This document shows positions 51,186 through 60,446 of a stretch of 64,000 nt of DNA, piece by piece. Origin of the DNA: Salinispira sp. (GTDB taxonomy: Bacteria; Spirochaetota; Spirochaetia; DSM-27196; Salinispiraceae); contig OZ271918.1 of the NCBI GenBank assembly GCA_965602015.1, positions 1,504,001 to 1,568,000 on the forward strand. Direction: 5' to 3'. The notes beneath the pieces were generated by a model, which was not told where the DNA came from, did not search any database, and saw only the letters and a list, made by a program, of their open reading frames with translations. The stretch's first letter is position 1. Every line of letters begins with the position of its first letter. Both the position numbers and the translations under genes were made by a program.

Positions 51186-51214
51186 ATTAAAGCATACATA
51201 AAATTTTCTGTCAA
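51186..51214 (-). promoter_or_regulatory. Sigma70 promoter for tRNA-Val
   Basis: TTGACA (51214-51209)-N17-TTTAAT (51191-51186). Confidence 0.65.
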
Positions 51215-51223
51215 TTCGTTTTA

Positions 51224-51664
51224 CTAATCTTTGTTGATGGTGCTGGCGATGCGTTCAAGAACTTTTTTCCGGTCAAGGGGTTTTACGATATAATTCTTCG
51301 CACCAATCATCAGACTCTGCTTCACCAGATCCTGTTTACCCAGGGCTGAAATCATGACAACCCGGGCATTTTTATCAAACTCCATGATTTTTTCCAGCGC
51401 GGTAACTCCATCCATCTTGGGCATGGTAATATCCATGGTTACCAAATCGACATTGGGATGAAGCTCTTTATACTTCTCCAGCCCTACTTCGCCGTTCTCC
51501 GCGGTAGCCACCACGTCGAATCCTTCGGAAGTCAGGATCTGAGTAATCTGCTTCGTAACGAACATTGAATCGTCGACAACGAGGACCTTGTAGGATTTCC
51601 CCGCGGCATCGATTCCCGTGGCTTGACGTTCGTTAATATTGGGAAAATCACCTTTTGATCTCAT
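51224..51664 (-). CDS. cheY: Chemotaxis response regulator CheY (spirochaete type with N-terminal extension)
   Basis: VLVVDDS, MDITMPKMDG, ISA, YIVKP; follows cheX. Confidence 0.93.
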   Translation of the reverse strand: MRSKGDFPNINERQATGIDAAGKSYKVLVVDDSMFVTKQITQILTSEGFDVVATAENGEVGLEKYKELHPNVDLVTMDITMPKMDGVTALEKIMEFDKNARVVMISALGKQDLVKQSLMIGAKNYIVKPLDRKKVLERIASTINKD

Positions 51665-51688
51665 TAACCTACTCCTGTATCGCGAAGA

Positions 51689-52165
51689 TCAACTTCGTTC
51701 CCGGACAGCGACATTAATCTCAATCTTTCCCATTTCCATGTCCATCGGGACAATAAGGGCTTCTACCTTGTTGTCGCTGATTTCCATATTGTTGCCGGTG
51801 AGGATGGCCGGCGGAGTAAGGTCAAATCGGAACCCGAGGTTGTGCAGTTTTGTTACCGCCTGTCCGGTAATCATGTTCGCCATTTCCGTAATCGTCGCCT
51901 TTGCCATGTCGCTCATTTCATCCACAGGATCCATGCCCATCGACTGAAGCATAACGTTACACACTGCCATGGCAGTTTCCCTAGACATATCGAAGAGCAC
52001 CCGACCTTCGACATCACCCGCAAGGCCCACAATGGCTGCTACGCCGAGGACTGACATGCTGGTGGACTTAAGATACAGTTCGCCGCGCTTTACTTCGGTC
52101 TGTAAAACTTCGGTGAGCACATTGTAGGCGGACTCGACAAACGGGTTGATGTATTCTACGCGCAT
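51689..52165 (-). CDS. cheX: CheY-P phosphatase CheX
   Basis: MRVEYINPF, VGLAGDVEG, EMANMITG (ExxN), DLTPP. Confidence 0.95.
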   Translation of the reverse strand: MRVEYINPFVESAYNVLTEVLQTEVKRGELYLKSTSMSVLGVAAIVGLAGDVEGRVLFDMSRETAMAVCNVMLQSMGMDPVDEMSDMAKATITEMANMITGQAVTKLHNLGFRFDLTPPAILTGNNMEISDNKVEALIVPMDMEMGKIEINVAVRERS

Positions 52166-52187
52166 AAATAAGGTCTCCTATTACTGC

Positions 52188-53558
52188 TTACTTTTTTTGA
52201 TAATACGTAACGTCACCTGAGGTGACCGGGCTCCATGAATAATTTGCAGGTATCTGCTCATTTTTACCAAGTATAATAATTCCGCCGGTTTTCATTCTCT
52301 CATCGAGTTCCTCGAGAATTCGCTCTGAGTGATCCAGCGGGATGTAGGACAGCAAGTCGCGGGCTACCAGCAGCTGGATGGGCGGCATGCTGTGTGCGTT
52401 AACAATATCGTGATATTCGAACAGGATGGAATCTTTTATCTCCTGATTAAAAGACAGCCCGTTTGGTCCTGCAACCATAAAATCACGATAGAAATCAGGA
52501 ACATCCTGCTCGGAAAAAATAACGTTTGGTGCGCCGGAAACCGAGAGCAAGTCCTTATCACTCGCCCAGATCTTTATCTGCGCAGAAGGATATTTCATCT
52601 TCATTAAAACCGCAAGTGAGTAGGTTTCATAGCCCTTTCCACAGCCCGGGTTCCAGATGTGCAATTGATTGTCAACTTTATCGGGCAGCGCAGAGTATAC
52701 CGCATCGAAGAGGTCTTTTTCCCATAGCCTTGAGGTGTACGGAGAGCTGAATCCTTCCATAAAACGGGCCGCATCTGATTGGTTTTTTAGCTGCATATCG
52801 TCACCGGAACGCTCATTTTTCCATGCGGCAAATCGACGTTCAAACCAATTCGAATTTATATCGCTGACATAAAACTCTTCAAAGGTTTGTAAAGTCTCGG
52901 TAATAAACTGCTTATTCACCTCATCTTCATTAACCCCTGAGGAACTCTTTTGGGCGGCTGCGGGTTTTGCGGCGGCTGCCGGTCCCGGGGCTGCCTGACG
53001 GGAAGCTATTTCCGACAATACGCCCCGCTCGGCAGCAGCGTCCTGATCTTTTTTCTCTTCGGGTTTGCCGAGTATTCTCTCTACATCCAGGATGATATAG
53101 AGTCTGCCTTCATTTTCTACGACCCCGTTTATGTATTTGATGTTAATGTCGCCAAAAATCGGATGCGGAGGCTGAATGGTATCGCGTGAAATACCTACCA
53201 CCTTGTCAATTTTATCGACGATTACCCCAATCATATTACTTTCCAACCGGAGAATAAGTCCGTTTTCTTCATCGACGGAATCTTCGTCCTCATACGGGAG
53301 GTTGAACATTTCCCGCAGATCGATAATTGAAATAATTTCGCCGCGGAGATTATACACTCCACGGACGAATGGAGGAGTGTTGGGCACGTAGGTGAAATTA
53401 ACGAACTTGGCGATCTCCTTCACCTTCATAATATCGATGCCGTAATCCTTACCGGCCAAAGTGAAGGTGACCATTTTGAAATCGATATTTTCAACCTTCG
53501 CCTCGATATTTTCCAAGCCCCGTTTCCGGCGTCTTTTGCGCTGTTGTGTCACATCCAT
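52188..53558 (-). CDS. cheW: CheW-CheR-like fusion protein
   Basis: N-terminal CheW (YGIDIMKVKEI, GVYNLRGEII) plus C-terminal CheR-like domain (IWNPGCGKGYETYS, ARDLLSY, LGKNE). Confidence 0.9.
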   Translation of the reverse strand: MDVTQQRKRRRKRGLENIEAKVENIDFKMVTFTLAGKDYGIDIMKVKEIAKFVNFTYVPNTPPFVRGVYNLRGEIISIIDLREMFNLPYEDEDSVDEENGLILRLESNMIGVIVDKIDKVVGISRDTIQPPHPIFGDINIKYINGVVENEGRLYIILDVERILGKPEEKKDQDAAAERGVLSEIASRQAAPGPAAAAKPAAAQKSSSGVNEDEVNKQFITETLQTFEEFYVSDINSNWFERRFAAWKNERSGDDMQLKNQSDAARFMEGFSSPYTSRLWEKDLFDAVYSALPDKVDNQLHIWNPGCGKGYETYSLAVLMKMKYPSAQIKIWASDKDLLSVSGAPNVIFSEQDVPDFYRDFMVAGPNGLSFNQEIKDSILFEYHDIVNAHSMPPIQLLVARDLLSYIPLDHSERILEELDERMKTGGIIILGKNEQIPANYSWSPVTSGDVTYYQKK

Positions 53559-53567
53559 TGCCGCTCC

Positions 53568-55958
53568 TTACTTACGGGGTGAGATTTCCCGCCGTTGACG
53601 GGCTTCCAATTCGATTTTCTGTCCCAGCTCCAGAAGCTGACTGACATCAATGATCAAAGAGACTGTTCCGTCCCCGGTAATATTTGCTCCCGCAATTCCC
53701 GGGGCATTGGTGTAATGATCCCTCAGGGGCTTTATTACCACATCTTCTTCACCGATCAGCTGATCCACAATCAGGCCCATTTTCTTGTCGCCGCTGCCCA
53801 CAATAACAACAAAATAATGCTCTTTGTTCTCATCAGTGGGAATATTAAAAATCCTGTTGAGCCGCATGAGGCTGACAACATCTTCCCTGACATTAAATAC
53901 TTCATAGTTATCGATCATCCGTATTTCCTGCGGCTTGATACGGTGGGAGTCAAGGACGGCGGTAATGGGAATAGCGTACATCTCCTTGCCTACCCGGACC
54001 AGGAGACCCTGGATGATCGCAAGGGTCAGGGGGATCTTGATGGTAAACCGGGTACCCTTGCCTGGCGATGACCATACGCTCACATTACCATTGAGCTTCT
54101 CAATCTGCTTTTTGACCACATCCAAACCGACGCCACGTCCGCTGATGTTGGTGATCTGCTTGGCGGTAGAAAACCCCGGTTCGAATATTAAATTGTAAGC
54201 CTCAACGTCGTTGAGAACTTTATTCGGATGAATAACCCCTCTGTCGATGGCCTTCTTCTTGACCATGTTGACGTCAATCCCTTTTCCGTCATCAAAAATC
54301 TCAATGAGGATCATGTTCCCCTCATTGCTGGCCTTGAGATGTATGGTGCCTTCTGGGCTTTTTCCGGCTTTCTTCCGCTCGTCAGGACTCTCAATGCCGT
54401 GGTCAAGGGAGTTACGCACGCAGTGAATTAACGGATCCAGCAGGTCTTCAATTACCGACTTGTCGAGCTCGGTATCTTCACCTTCAATAGTAAGATTAAC
54501 CTTCTTGTTTAGCGAACGGCTGAGATCACGCACGAGACGGGGGAATCGAGAGAATATCTGGGAAATGGGAACCATCCTGATCCGCATTACCCCTTCCTGT
54601 AGTTCGCTGGTAATTCGTCCGAGATTTTGAGCGGTATTCCGAAACTTCGCTATGGATGATTTGATCGAACCGTGAAAACCGTCAAAGAAACTGCTGAGCT
54701 GACCAAACTCTTCAAGCATACGGCGTTTTATATCCTTAATGCTCGCACCGCGCTGAATCTCTTCGAGATACTCCGGCAGGGCATCAAAAAGATCCTTGAT
54801 AATTCCCCGGTATTGATTCTGTACATGTTGTAGCTCGGTGAGGTTTTCGGAAAACTGATTTGAGACCTGATTGAATGTAGCTTTGTTTATGACAGTTTCA
54901 CTTACCAAATTGAGCAGGTCATCGATGCGTTTGCTTTCAACCCTCAGAATTGAACTGGAAGCGACCTTTTTGTGCTCAGAGCTTTTTTTTGCTCCTCCGG
55001 TCTGGTCCGGAATACTGGATTTAACCGCATCGATGGCGTTCTGAATATCGCCTTCGGAACCCGAGTCTTCGGCCACTGCAGCACTTTCTTCATCGGGCAT
55101 ATCATCATCCGCTTCATCTCGCGGGCTTGCCTCAGGCTGCTGAGCTTCAATGACCGGTTCAGAGTCAATATTGCCTAAAACCTGGATGTTTGAACCGATG
55201 GTCACATCACTTATCGAGAGCACCCCGGAAAAGTCTTCAGGGTCTTCTTTTGTGGCCACATAGTACACCACCGTGGGATAAAAGGTATCTTCATACAGCG
55301 CTTCGAAGTCAGGGCTCGTTTTTAACACTTTGCCTATGGATTTTAATGCGGCAAACACCTGAATGCCTCCGACGGTATTCATCGGATTATCGGGATTGAA
55401 CTCGACGACGATCTGATATACCTGCTCGTCGTCCTCCGCCGCTTCCTGCAGCTCCAGCACATCGTATTCGGACAGTTTCTTATTCGAGCCTTTGGCTACC
55501 GCAGCCGGCTTTGGAGCTGGAACCGGCTTAGGAGCTGCGCTGGTTTTAACCGCTGTCTTTTGGCCGCTTAGATAGGATTTTAAAACATCCTTGGTACCAC
55601 TGATGTCATCGTCATAGATTTCACCCTGTGAACGGGCGTCAAGCATGGCTTTTATGATGTCGATTGAGTTCAGCAGTGTGTCGGTAATGACTTCGTCAAT
55701 CCCGAGTTTTCCGCTTCGAATGTCATCGAGGACATCTTCGACTATATGAGTGAATTCCGAAAGCTCCGTCATTTGAACAGTGGCTGAAGCGCCTTTCAAG
55801 GTATGGGCTGCGCGAAAAATCTCATCAATGGAATCTTCATTTTTGGGATCGTTCTCGAGAACGAGAATATTCTGCTCGAGCAACTCGAGCTGCATTTCTG
55901 CCTCGACAAAAAAGTCTTTTAGCAGTTCTTCATTATTCGGATCAAGATAGTCACTCAT
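53568..55958 (-). CDS. cheA: Chemotaxis histidine kinase CheA
   Basis: FRAAHTLKG (P1), HCVRNSLDHGIE, DDGKG, GFSTA...SGRGVGLDVV, C-terminal CheW-like domain. Confidence 0.98.
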   Translation of the reverse strand: MSDYLDPNNEELLKDFFVEAEMQLELLEQNILVLENDPKNEDSIDEIFRAAHTLKGASATVQMTELSEFTHIVEDVLDDIRSGKLGIDEVITDTLLNSIDIIKAMLDARSQGEIYDDDISGTKDVLKSYLSGQKTAVKTSAAPKPVPAPKPAAVAKGSNKKLSEYDVLELQEAAEDDEQVYQIVVEFNPDNPMNTVGGIQVFAALKSIGKVLKTSPDFEALYEDTFYPTVVYYVATKEDPEDFSGVLSISDVTIGSNIQVLGNIDSEPVIEAQQPEASPRDEADDDMPDEESAAVAEDSGSEGDIQNAIDAVKSSIPDQTGGAKKSSEHKKVASSSILRVESKRIDDLLNLVSETVINKATFNQVSNQFSENLTELQHVQNQYRGIIKDLFDALPEYLEEIQRGASIKDIKRRMLEEFGQLSSFFDGFHGSIKSSIAKFRNTAQNLGRITSELQEGVMRIRMVPISQIFSRFPRLVRDLSRSLNKKVNLTIEGEDTELDKSVIEDLLDPLIHCVRNSLDHGIESPDERKKAGKSPEGTIHLKASNEGNMILIEIFDDGKGIDVNMVKKKAIDRGVIHPNKVLNDVEAYNLIFEPGFSTAKQITNISGRGVGLDVVKKQIEKLNGNVSVWSSPGKGTRFTIKIPLTLAIIQGLLVRVGKEMYAIPITAVLDSHRIKPQEIRMIDNYEVFNVREDVVSLMRLNRIFNIPTDENKEHYFVVIVGSGDKKMGLIVDQLIGEEDVVIKPLRDHYTNAPGIAGANITGDGTVSLIIDVSQLLELGQKIELEARQRREISPRK

Positions 55959-55965
55959 GGTTTAA

Positions 55966-55993
55966 ATGATATACGTTTGAAATGCTAAGTCAA
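55966..55993 (-). promoter_or_regulatory. Putative leaderless sigma70 promoter for cheA
   Basis: TTGACT (55993-55988)-N16-TATCAT (55971-55966), 7 nt before ATG 55958; no SD. Confidence 0.65.
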
Positions 55994-56019
55994 TACTGAA
56001 ATGTAATAAATCAGTTCCG

Positions 56020-56049
56020 AAAAAAAAGGCAGGGCACATGCCCTGCCTT
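56020..56049 (-). terminator. Intrinsic terminator after flaA
   Basis: AAGGCAGGGCA/TGCCCTGCCTT stem with a U8 tract on the minus strand. Confidence 0.85.
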
Positions 56050-56069
56050 ACTTACTCACGTTAACCGTC

Positions 56070-57077
56070 TTACTGCTGGTCTTCCCGAGTGCTGGGATCA
56101 TCGATCAGCTGGGATTCGAGGTAACGCAGTACCTGAAGGTTACCCAATCGGGACAGCTCGGAATTTCTCCTGGCTTCTTCGCGCTGCTGGAGAATACCCC
56201 ATATAGCCTCATCTTCGATATCGCGCTCGAGGGTGAGAACAGCCTTGTCATACACAATGTTTACATCTTTGATGTAGGTGATGACGTCGCCGCCCTGCTG
56301 TGCCGCATCACGGTAGATGCGGAAACCGATGAGCTTAACCATGGGTGCAAGGTTGGGATACAGGGGGAAGCTCCGCAGTTCGCGGTTTCGCACCTCGCTG
56401 ATATACGCAGGATTGCTCCAGGTCATGGTCCGCCAACCGTCGAAGTTGAGGTAGCCGAGGAAGTATTCCCGCTCAATGTTCTCATGATCCTGCAGGACGA
56501 TGCTCATACCCTGCGGAAAGTTGAGACCATGCACATTTACTGAAATGCTCTTAATCACCGCAACGTTTTTAACAACGCCGAAGTTGTCAAACTGTTCGCC
56601 CCGGCCCTGATCGGCGGGATCTATTGTGAGGGTGCCGTCGGCATTAACCGTCTTAACATCGGAATATGCCGGGATCTCAAAGGGAGGAATAACCATCGCC
56701 CAGGCATTAAAGGGCTCGACGGGGAACCGTACCCTTACGCCCAAAGCGGTTTCGCCGGGATAGTTGCGGGCATTTTCTGAGATCGGTGCGGCCGCGGTAT
56801 ACGACATGGATTGATTTTCAACTGTGCGGGCAGAAGAGTTCAGCATTACTTCCCAATTCTCAATGAACAGAGAAGTCTTCATCTGAGCCTTTTCCTCGTC
56901 AGTGAAACTGGACCCTGCAGCGCTGCTGAAGTCTATCAGAGTAGCTTCGTTCTGCGTGGGATTATCCGCAGGATAATCCGCAGTCAGGGTGTTAAAATCG
57001 ATGAGTGTCGCCTGCTCGGCAAACACCGCGGTGCTTGCGATTATGGCTACTAGAAATAGAATGAAGAACCTTTTCAT
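56070..57077 (-). CDS. flaA: Flagellar filament outer layer (sheath) protein FlaA
   Basis: Signal peptide MKRFFIL...VFAE, LIDF, LGVRVRFP, PPFEIPAY, GYLNFDGW, WSNPAYI; AAGGAG RBS before ATG 57077. Confidence 0.95.
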   Translation of the reverse strand: MKRFFILFLVAIIASTAVFAEQATLIDFNTLTADYPADNPTQNEATLIDFSSAAGSSFTDEEKAQMKTSLFIENWEVMLNSSARTVENQSMSYTAAAPISENARNYPGETALGVRVRFPVEPFNAWAMVIPPFEIPAYSDVKTVNADGTLTIDPADQGRGEQFDNFGVVKNVAVIKSISVNVHGLNFPQGMSIVLQDHENIEREYFLGYLNFDGWRTMTWSNPAYISEVRNRELRSFPLYPNLAPMVKLIGFRIYRDAAQQGGDVITYIKDVNIVYDKAVLTLERDIEDEAIWGILQQREEARRNSELSRLGNLQVLRYLESQLIDDPSTREDQQ

Positions 57078-57125
57078 CCTGCGCTCCTTTACTTTCAAGC
57101 CTGTTTGATGTACTCGCTATGTAGA

Positions 57126-57153
57126 ATTATAGCTAATCAGTTTCCTTTGTCAA
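57126..57153 (-). promoter_or_regulatory. Consensus sigma70 promoter for flaA
   Basis: TTGACA (57153-57148)-N16-TATAAT (57131-57126), both hexamers perfect. Confidence 0.85.
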
Positions 57154-57178
57154 ACAAAATCCCGCGAATACGCGAGAT
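57152..57178 (-). terminator. Probable terminator after the GerMN gene
   Basis: ATCTCGCG-TATT-CGCGGGAT followed by TTTGTTT on the minus strand. Confidence 0.55.
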
Positions 57179-57198
57179 AGTCCAAATTACTTGTACTT

Positions 57199-57732
57199 CT
57201 AGGGTTCTGCAGCTCCGAAATTTTCCCGATCGGCACCTGCTTCCCCGCTGTAGGTCGGAATAAAGGGCTCTTGGCCGTCCACCAGAATATAGATGTTGCG
57301 CAGCCCCGGGAAATTTGCCCGTATGATTTTCCGGAGAATTCCCAAGGAATCGGCGACGGTAAGATCGCGATCCGGTATGCGTGCAAGGGCCTGTCGGTCG
57401 AGATCCACAACCAGGCTTCGCCGATTCATGAGAAACACCGACCTCAGACTGGTGTCCCGCTGGAAGACATTATAAGACCGGATATTGGCCGGCCCGAGTA
57501 TGGCTTCCTCAACCAGCTGGGCCATCCTGTCGGCCCGCCCCCGCTCCCGGGGAAGAACCCGGTATTCGCCCACAAGGTCATTGCTCACAGAATCGGGAAA
57601 GTAGAGCACCACCCGTTCGCGGCTGAAGTGGCTGCCCAAATATGCGAAGAAAGAGATGATAAAAGTGGCAATCAAAACCAGTAGCCAGACGTTTTCTGAA
57701 ATAAAAGTTTTTTTACTATTACTGAGATACAC
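57199..57732 (-). CDS. GerMN-domain membrane protein
   Basis: N-terminal transmembrane helix, VLYFP...LVGEYR, EEAILGP, IYILVDGQ; follows the amidase. Confidence 0.7.
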   Translation of the reverse strand: MYLSNSKKTFISENVWLLVLIATFIISFFAYLGSHFSRERVVLYFPDSVSNDLVGEYRVLPRERGRADRMAQLVEEAILGPANIRSYNVFQRDTSLRSVFLMNRRSLVVDLDRQALARIPDRDLTVADSLGILRKIIRANFPGLRNIYILVDGQEPFIPTYSGEAGADRENFGAAEP

Positions 57733-58759
57733 TTTCGAAGTCCTGAATAAAATCGGTCAGGCCATTATAAATGCCGCGACTGATCTTCTGCAAGTAGAGG
57801 GGATTGTTCAACAGCTCGACTTCCTCGGCATTTGTCACAAACCCCACTTCCACCAGAACTGAAGGCATAAACGCCTTGCGAACCACGTACCAGTCCATCT
57901 CCTTGAGGCCCCTGGATTGGGTAAACCCGCCGATTTCCCTCATCATTCCCCGGTCAATGCTTTGAGCCAGCAGAATGCTCTCAACGGTATACTCCTCCTC
58001 CAATATGCTGTTGAGGATGGGCAACACCGTCGAACTGTCCTGATCGATGTCCTCGGCATTAAGAACCTGACGGCGATGTTCAGGAGGCAAATACCAGACC
58101 TCTATTCCGCTGGCCCGGGAATTAAGCGCCGCATTTGCGTGAATACTTACAAACAGGATCTTTTCATCGGGACCGCTTGAAAGGCTGTTTGCCATCTCGG
58201 TTCGCTGTTCGAGGGTGAGGTACACGTCTGTGTCCCGGGAGAGAATAATCTCCTTGTCAGGGTATGACTGCCTGAGCATTTCCGCCAGGTCCAGGGCGAC
58301 GTCCAGTACAATGCTCTTTTCGTAAATCGGGTCTCCGCTTGCCAGAGTACCGACTGTGCCGGGATCCCGGCCGCCATGTCCGGGGTCAATAAAGATTTTT
58401 GATACTTCCCGGTATTCAATGCCCGAGTCCCTTCTGAAGATTCCGTCGAGCTGATCCCTGGTCGATTCGGGAAGCATAAGGGCTCCGCCTGAATAAAAAA
58501 TCGGCTCCGCTGCTACCGGCTCCTCGAAATTTTGCATAATGGCGGGAAAATCCAGAAGGAAGGAAACCATTTCATCGCCACGCCAAATAATACCCCGGGC
58601 CGTGAGGTCGTCCCAGTATAACTCCAGACGTTCTTCACGAAGATACTCATCGAGGGGCATTTCCCCATGGATAGCCCCGGGCAGGAGGCAGAACGCCGCA
58701 AAACACACCGCGGCGATTTTACTAAACACTGTATACTCCGAAGATTTCCAACACTTCAC
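57719..58759 (-). CDS. amiA: N-acetylmuramoyl-L-alanine amidase (Amidase_3)
   Basis: IDPGHGGRDPG, EK, SIHANA, VLVEVGF; start codon uncertain. Confidence 0.92.
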   Translation of the reverse strand: MKCWKSSEYTVFSKIAAVCFAAFCLLPGAIHGEMPLDEYLREERLELYWDDLTARGIIWRGDEMVSFLLDFPAIMQNFEEPVAAEPIFYSGGALMLPESTRDQLDGIFRRDSGIEYREVSKIFIDPGHGGRDPGTVGTLASGDPIYEKSIVLDVALDLAEMLRQSYPDKEIILSRDTDVYLTLEQRTEMANSLSSGPDEKILFVSIHANAALNSRASGIEVWYLPPEHRRQVLNAEDIDQDSSTVLPILNSILEEEYTVESILLAQSIDRGMMREIGGFTQSRGLKEMDWYVVRKAFMPSVLVEVGFVTNAEEVELLNNPLYLQKISRGIYNGLTDFIQDFESVSQ

Positions 58760-60446
58760 TACTACAGTTTTCGGTATTTTTCTTCTCTAGCTCAAGGTAA
58801 TAGATAGCGGCCTGGGCACCGCCGGCCAGCAGGCAGAGCAAAAAGGCCAGTGACCTGCCCGAGCCCGGGATGCGTTTTTGAGGATCGGCATCTGCGAGCC
58901 AGGTAAAATCTGGAATGATGCGTTTTATGAGCCCCAGACTATTGTGGATGCTCCGGTAATTCCAATCCCGCTCTTCGCTGCCGATCACATAGGCGGGTAA
59001 TACATATTGCCCGCCGGAAGATTGATCGGGCCCGCTTGTCACTAGTGCCCTGGATGAAAGATCAGATTTGACAGTTGAAAAAAGTTTTGTATACGCCGGC
59101 GGGTACTCCTGAGCGAACATCAACCGGAGCCCCTCAATTCCGGCCGGCTTCAGTAGAACGAGAATCTTCGCCAGAAGCTCTTCAGTCTGCCGCCCATCTG
59201 CGGGAGCGATGAGGTTCCCGCATTTTTCAACATTATTTCGGGGAAAGTTCACCCTGCTTCCCGGGCTGACCGAGGGAAAAAACAGGACCTCTTCCGGCAG
59301 ATTTTCCGGCATCACGATGCGGGAGACGGTTCCCGGAACGGAAATGAGCCCCCGCTCATTAACCGGAAGCTCCGTTACCGAAGTAAAATAGCCCGGATCG
59401 AAATCCTGGATGAGTTCCTGGCCCAGGGCGATCTGGATCGCACCGATTGCCGGATTCACACCGCTGCTCATCGGGAAGGTCCAACCGGACATAAATCCGC
59501 CGGACAAACGGGCGGCCACCTCGCCGATGAGCGGGCCATCCGGGCCGTAGAATATATCACCTTTTACCGCTCCGCTTTTTACCCCGAGGGCGTCGGCTGC
59601 CGCGAGAAGCAGGTCGAACATCTGCCGCCTGGCCGTTTCATCCACATCGCAGGGAAAACTGTGTCCTCGTTCGATAAAAACAGGAGGATACTCCACATGA
59701 CGCCGCGCTATGCCCGTGGGATACAGCCGGCCGCGGTCGATAAGGGCGTCAAGGCTGTACTCGCTGCCTGTGATTTTTTCTTCGATTATTATCCGTTTTT
59801 CCCGGCTTTGATTATATGCCTGCTCGATGGCGGGCCCCAATTCATCCTGATTTCGAATTAAGCGCACCCCGCGGGCGCCCATGTTATCCACCGGCTTGAC
59901 TACCAAAGGATACTTTAATTCTGAAACACAAGATTCAAAACGGTCTTCCGAATCAATATTGAGGTTGACAGACTGTGGCTGGGGAAGCCCGGCCTCGGAA
60001 AACACCTTTCTCATGCGGTGCTTCCTGCTTGCATCAAGAGCGTGCTCATAACCTATGCCGGGAAATCCGCAGGCATCGGCCACATAGGCGACTGATGCAG
60101 AAAAATCCGTACCGATGGTCAGCACCCCGTGGATTTTTCCCTCATGCTTTAATTTCGCCGCACAAGTCTCAAGCCCGGATACATCCTTGAGATCGACGGG
60201 AAAAAACTCGTCTGCCAGGGAGGCCCCTGGGGCATCGGGATTACCGTCCGCCGCGCAGAGGTATATGCCCATGGCTTTTGCGGCCAGGATGCCGGGAATT
60301 TGCAGGAGCCCGGCCCCCAGGAATAACAATCCGTATTTCCTGCCGGCGTAGCGCTCCTTCCAGAGCCGCTGGTAGCGATCGGAGGCCGGATTAGTGATTA
60401 TCTGTTTTATAATACCGGGCATGGTCATCACTGGATTATTCATCAC
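58722..60446 (-). CDS. ATP-grasp domain ligase
   Basis: LGAGLLQ, KHRMR, VVKPVDNMGARGV, IEEKITGSEYSLD, EVAARLSGG. Confidence 0.85.
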   Translation of the reverse strand: MMNNPVMTMPGIIKQIITNPASDRYQRLWKERYAGRKYGLLFLGAGLLQIPGILAAKAMGIYLCAADGNPDAPGASLADEFFPVDLKDVSGLETCAAKLKHEGKIHGVLTIGTDFSASVAYVADACGFPGIGYEHALDASRKHRMRKVFSEAGLPQPQSVNLNIDSEDRFESCVSELKYPLVVKPVDNMGARGVRLIRNQDELGPAIEQAYNQSREKRIIIEEKITGSEYSLDALIDRGRLYPTGIARRHVEYPPVFIERGHSFPCDVDETARRQMFDLLLAAADALGVKSGAVKGDIFYGPDGPLIGEVAARLSGGFMSGWTFPMSSGVNPAIGAIQIALGQELIQDFDPGYFTSVTELPVNERGLISVPGTVSRIVMPENLPEEVLFFPSVSPGSRVNFPRNNVEKCGNLIAPADGRQTEELLAKILVLLKPAGIEGLRLMFAQEYPPAYTKLFSTVKSDLSSRALVTSGPDQSSGGQYVLPAYVIGSEERDWNYRSIHNSLGLIKRIIPDFTWLADADPQKRIPGSGRSLAFLLCLLAGGAQAAIYYLELEKKNTENCSSEVLEIFGVYSV

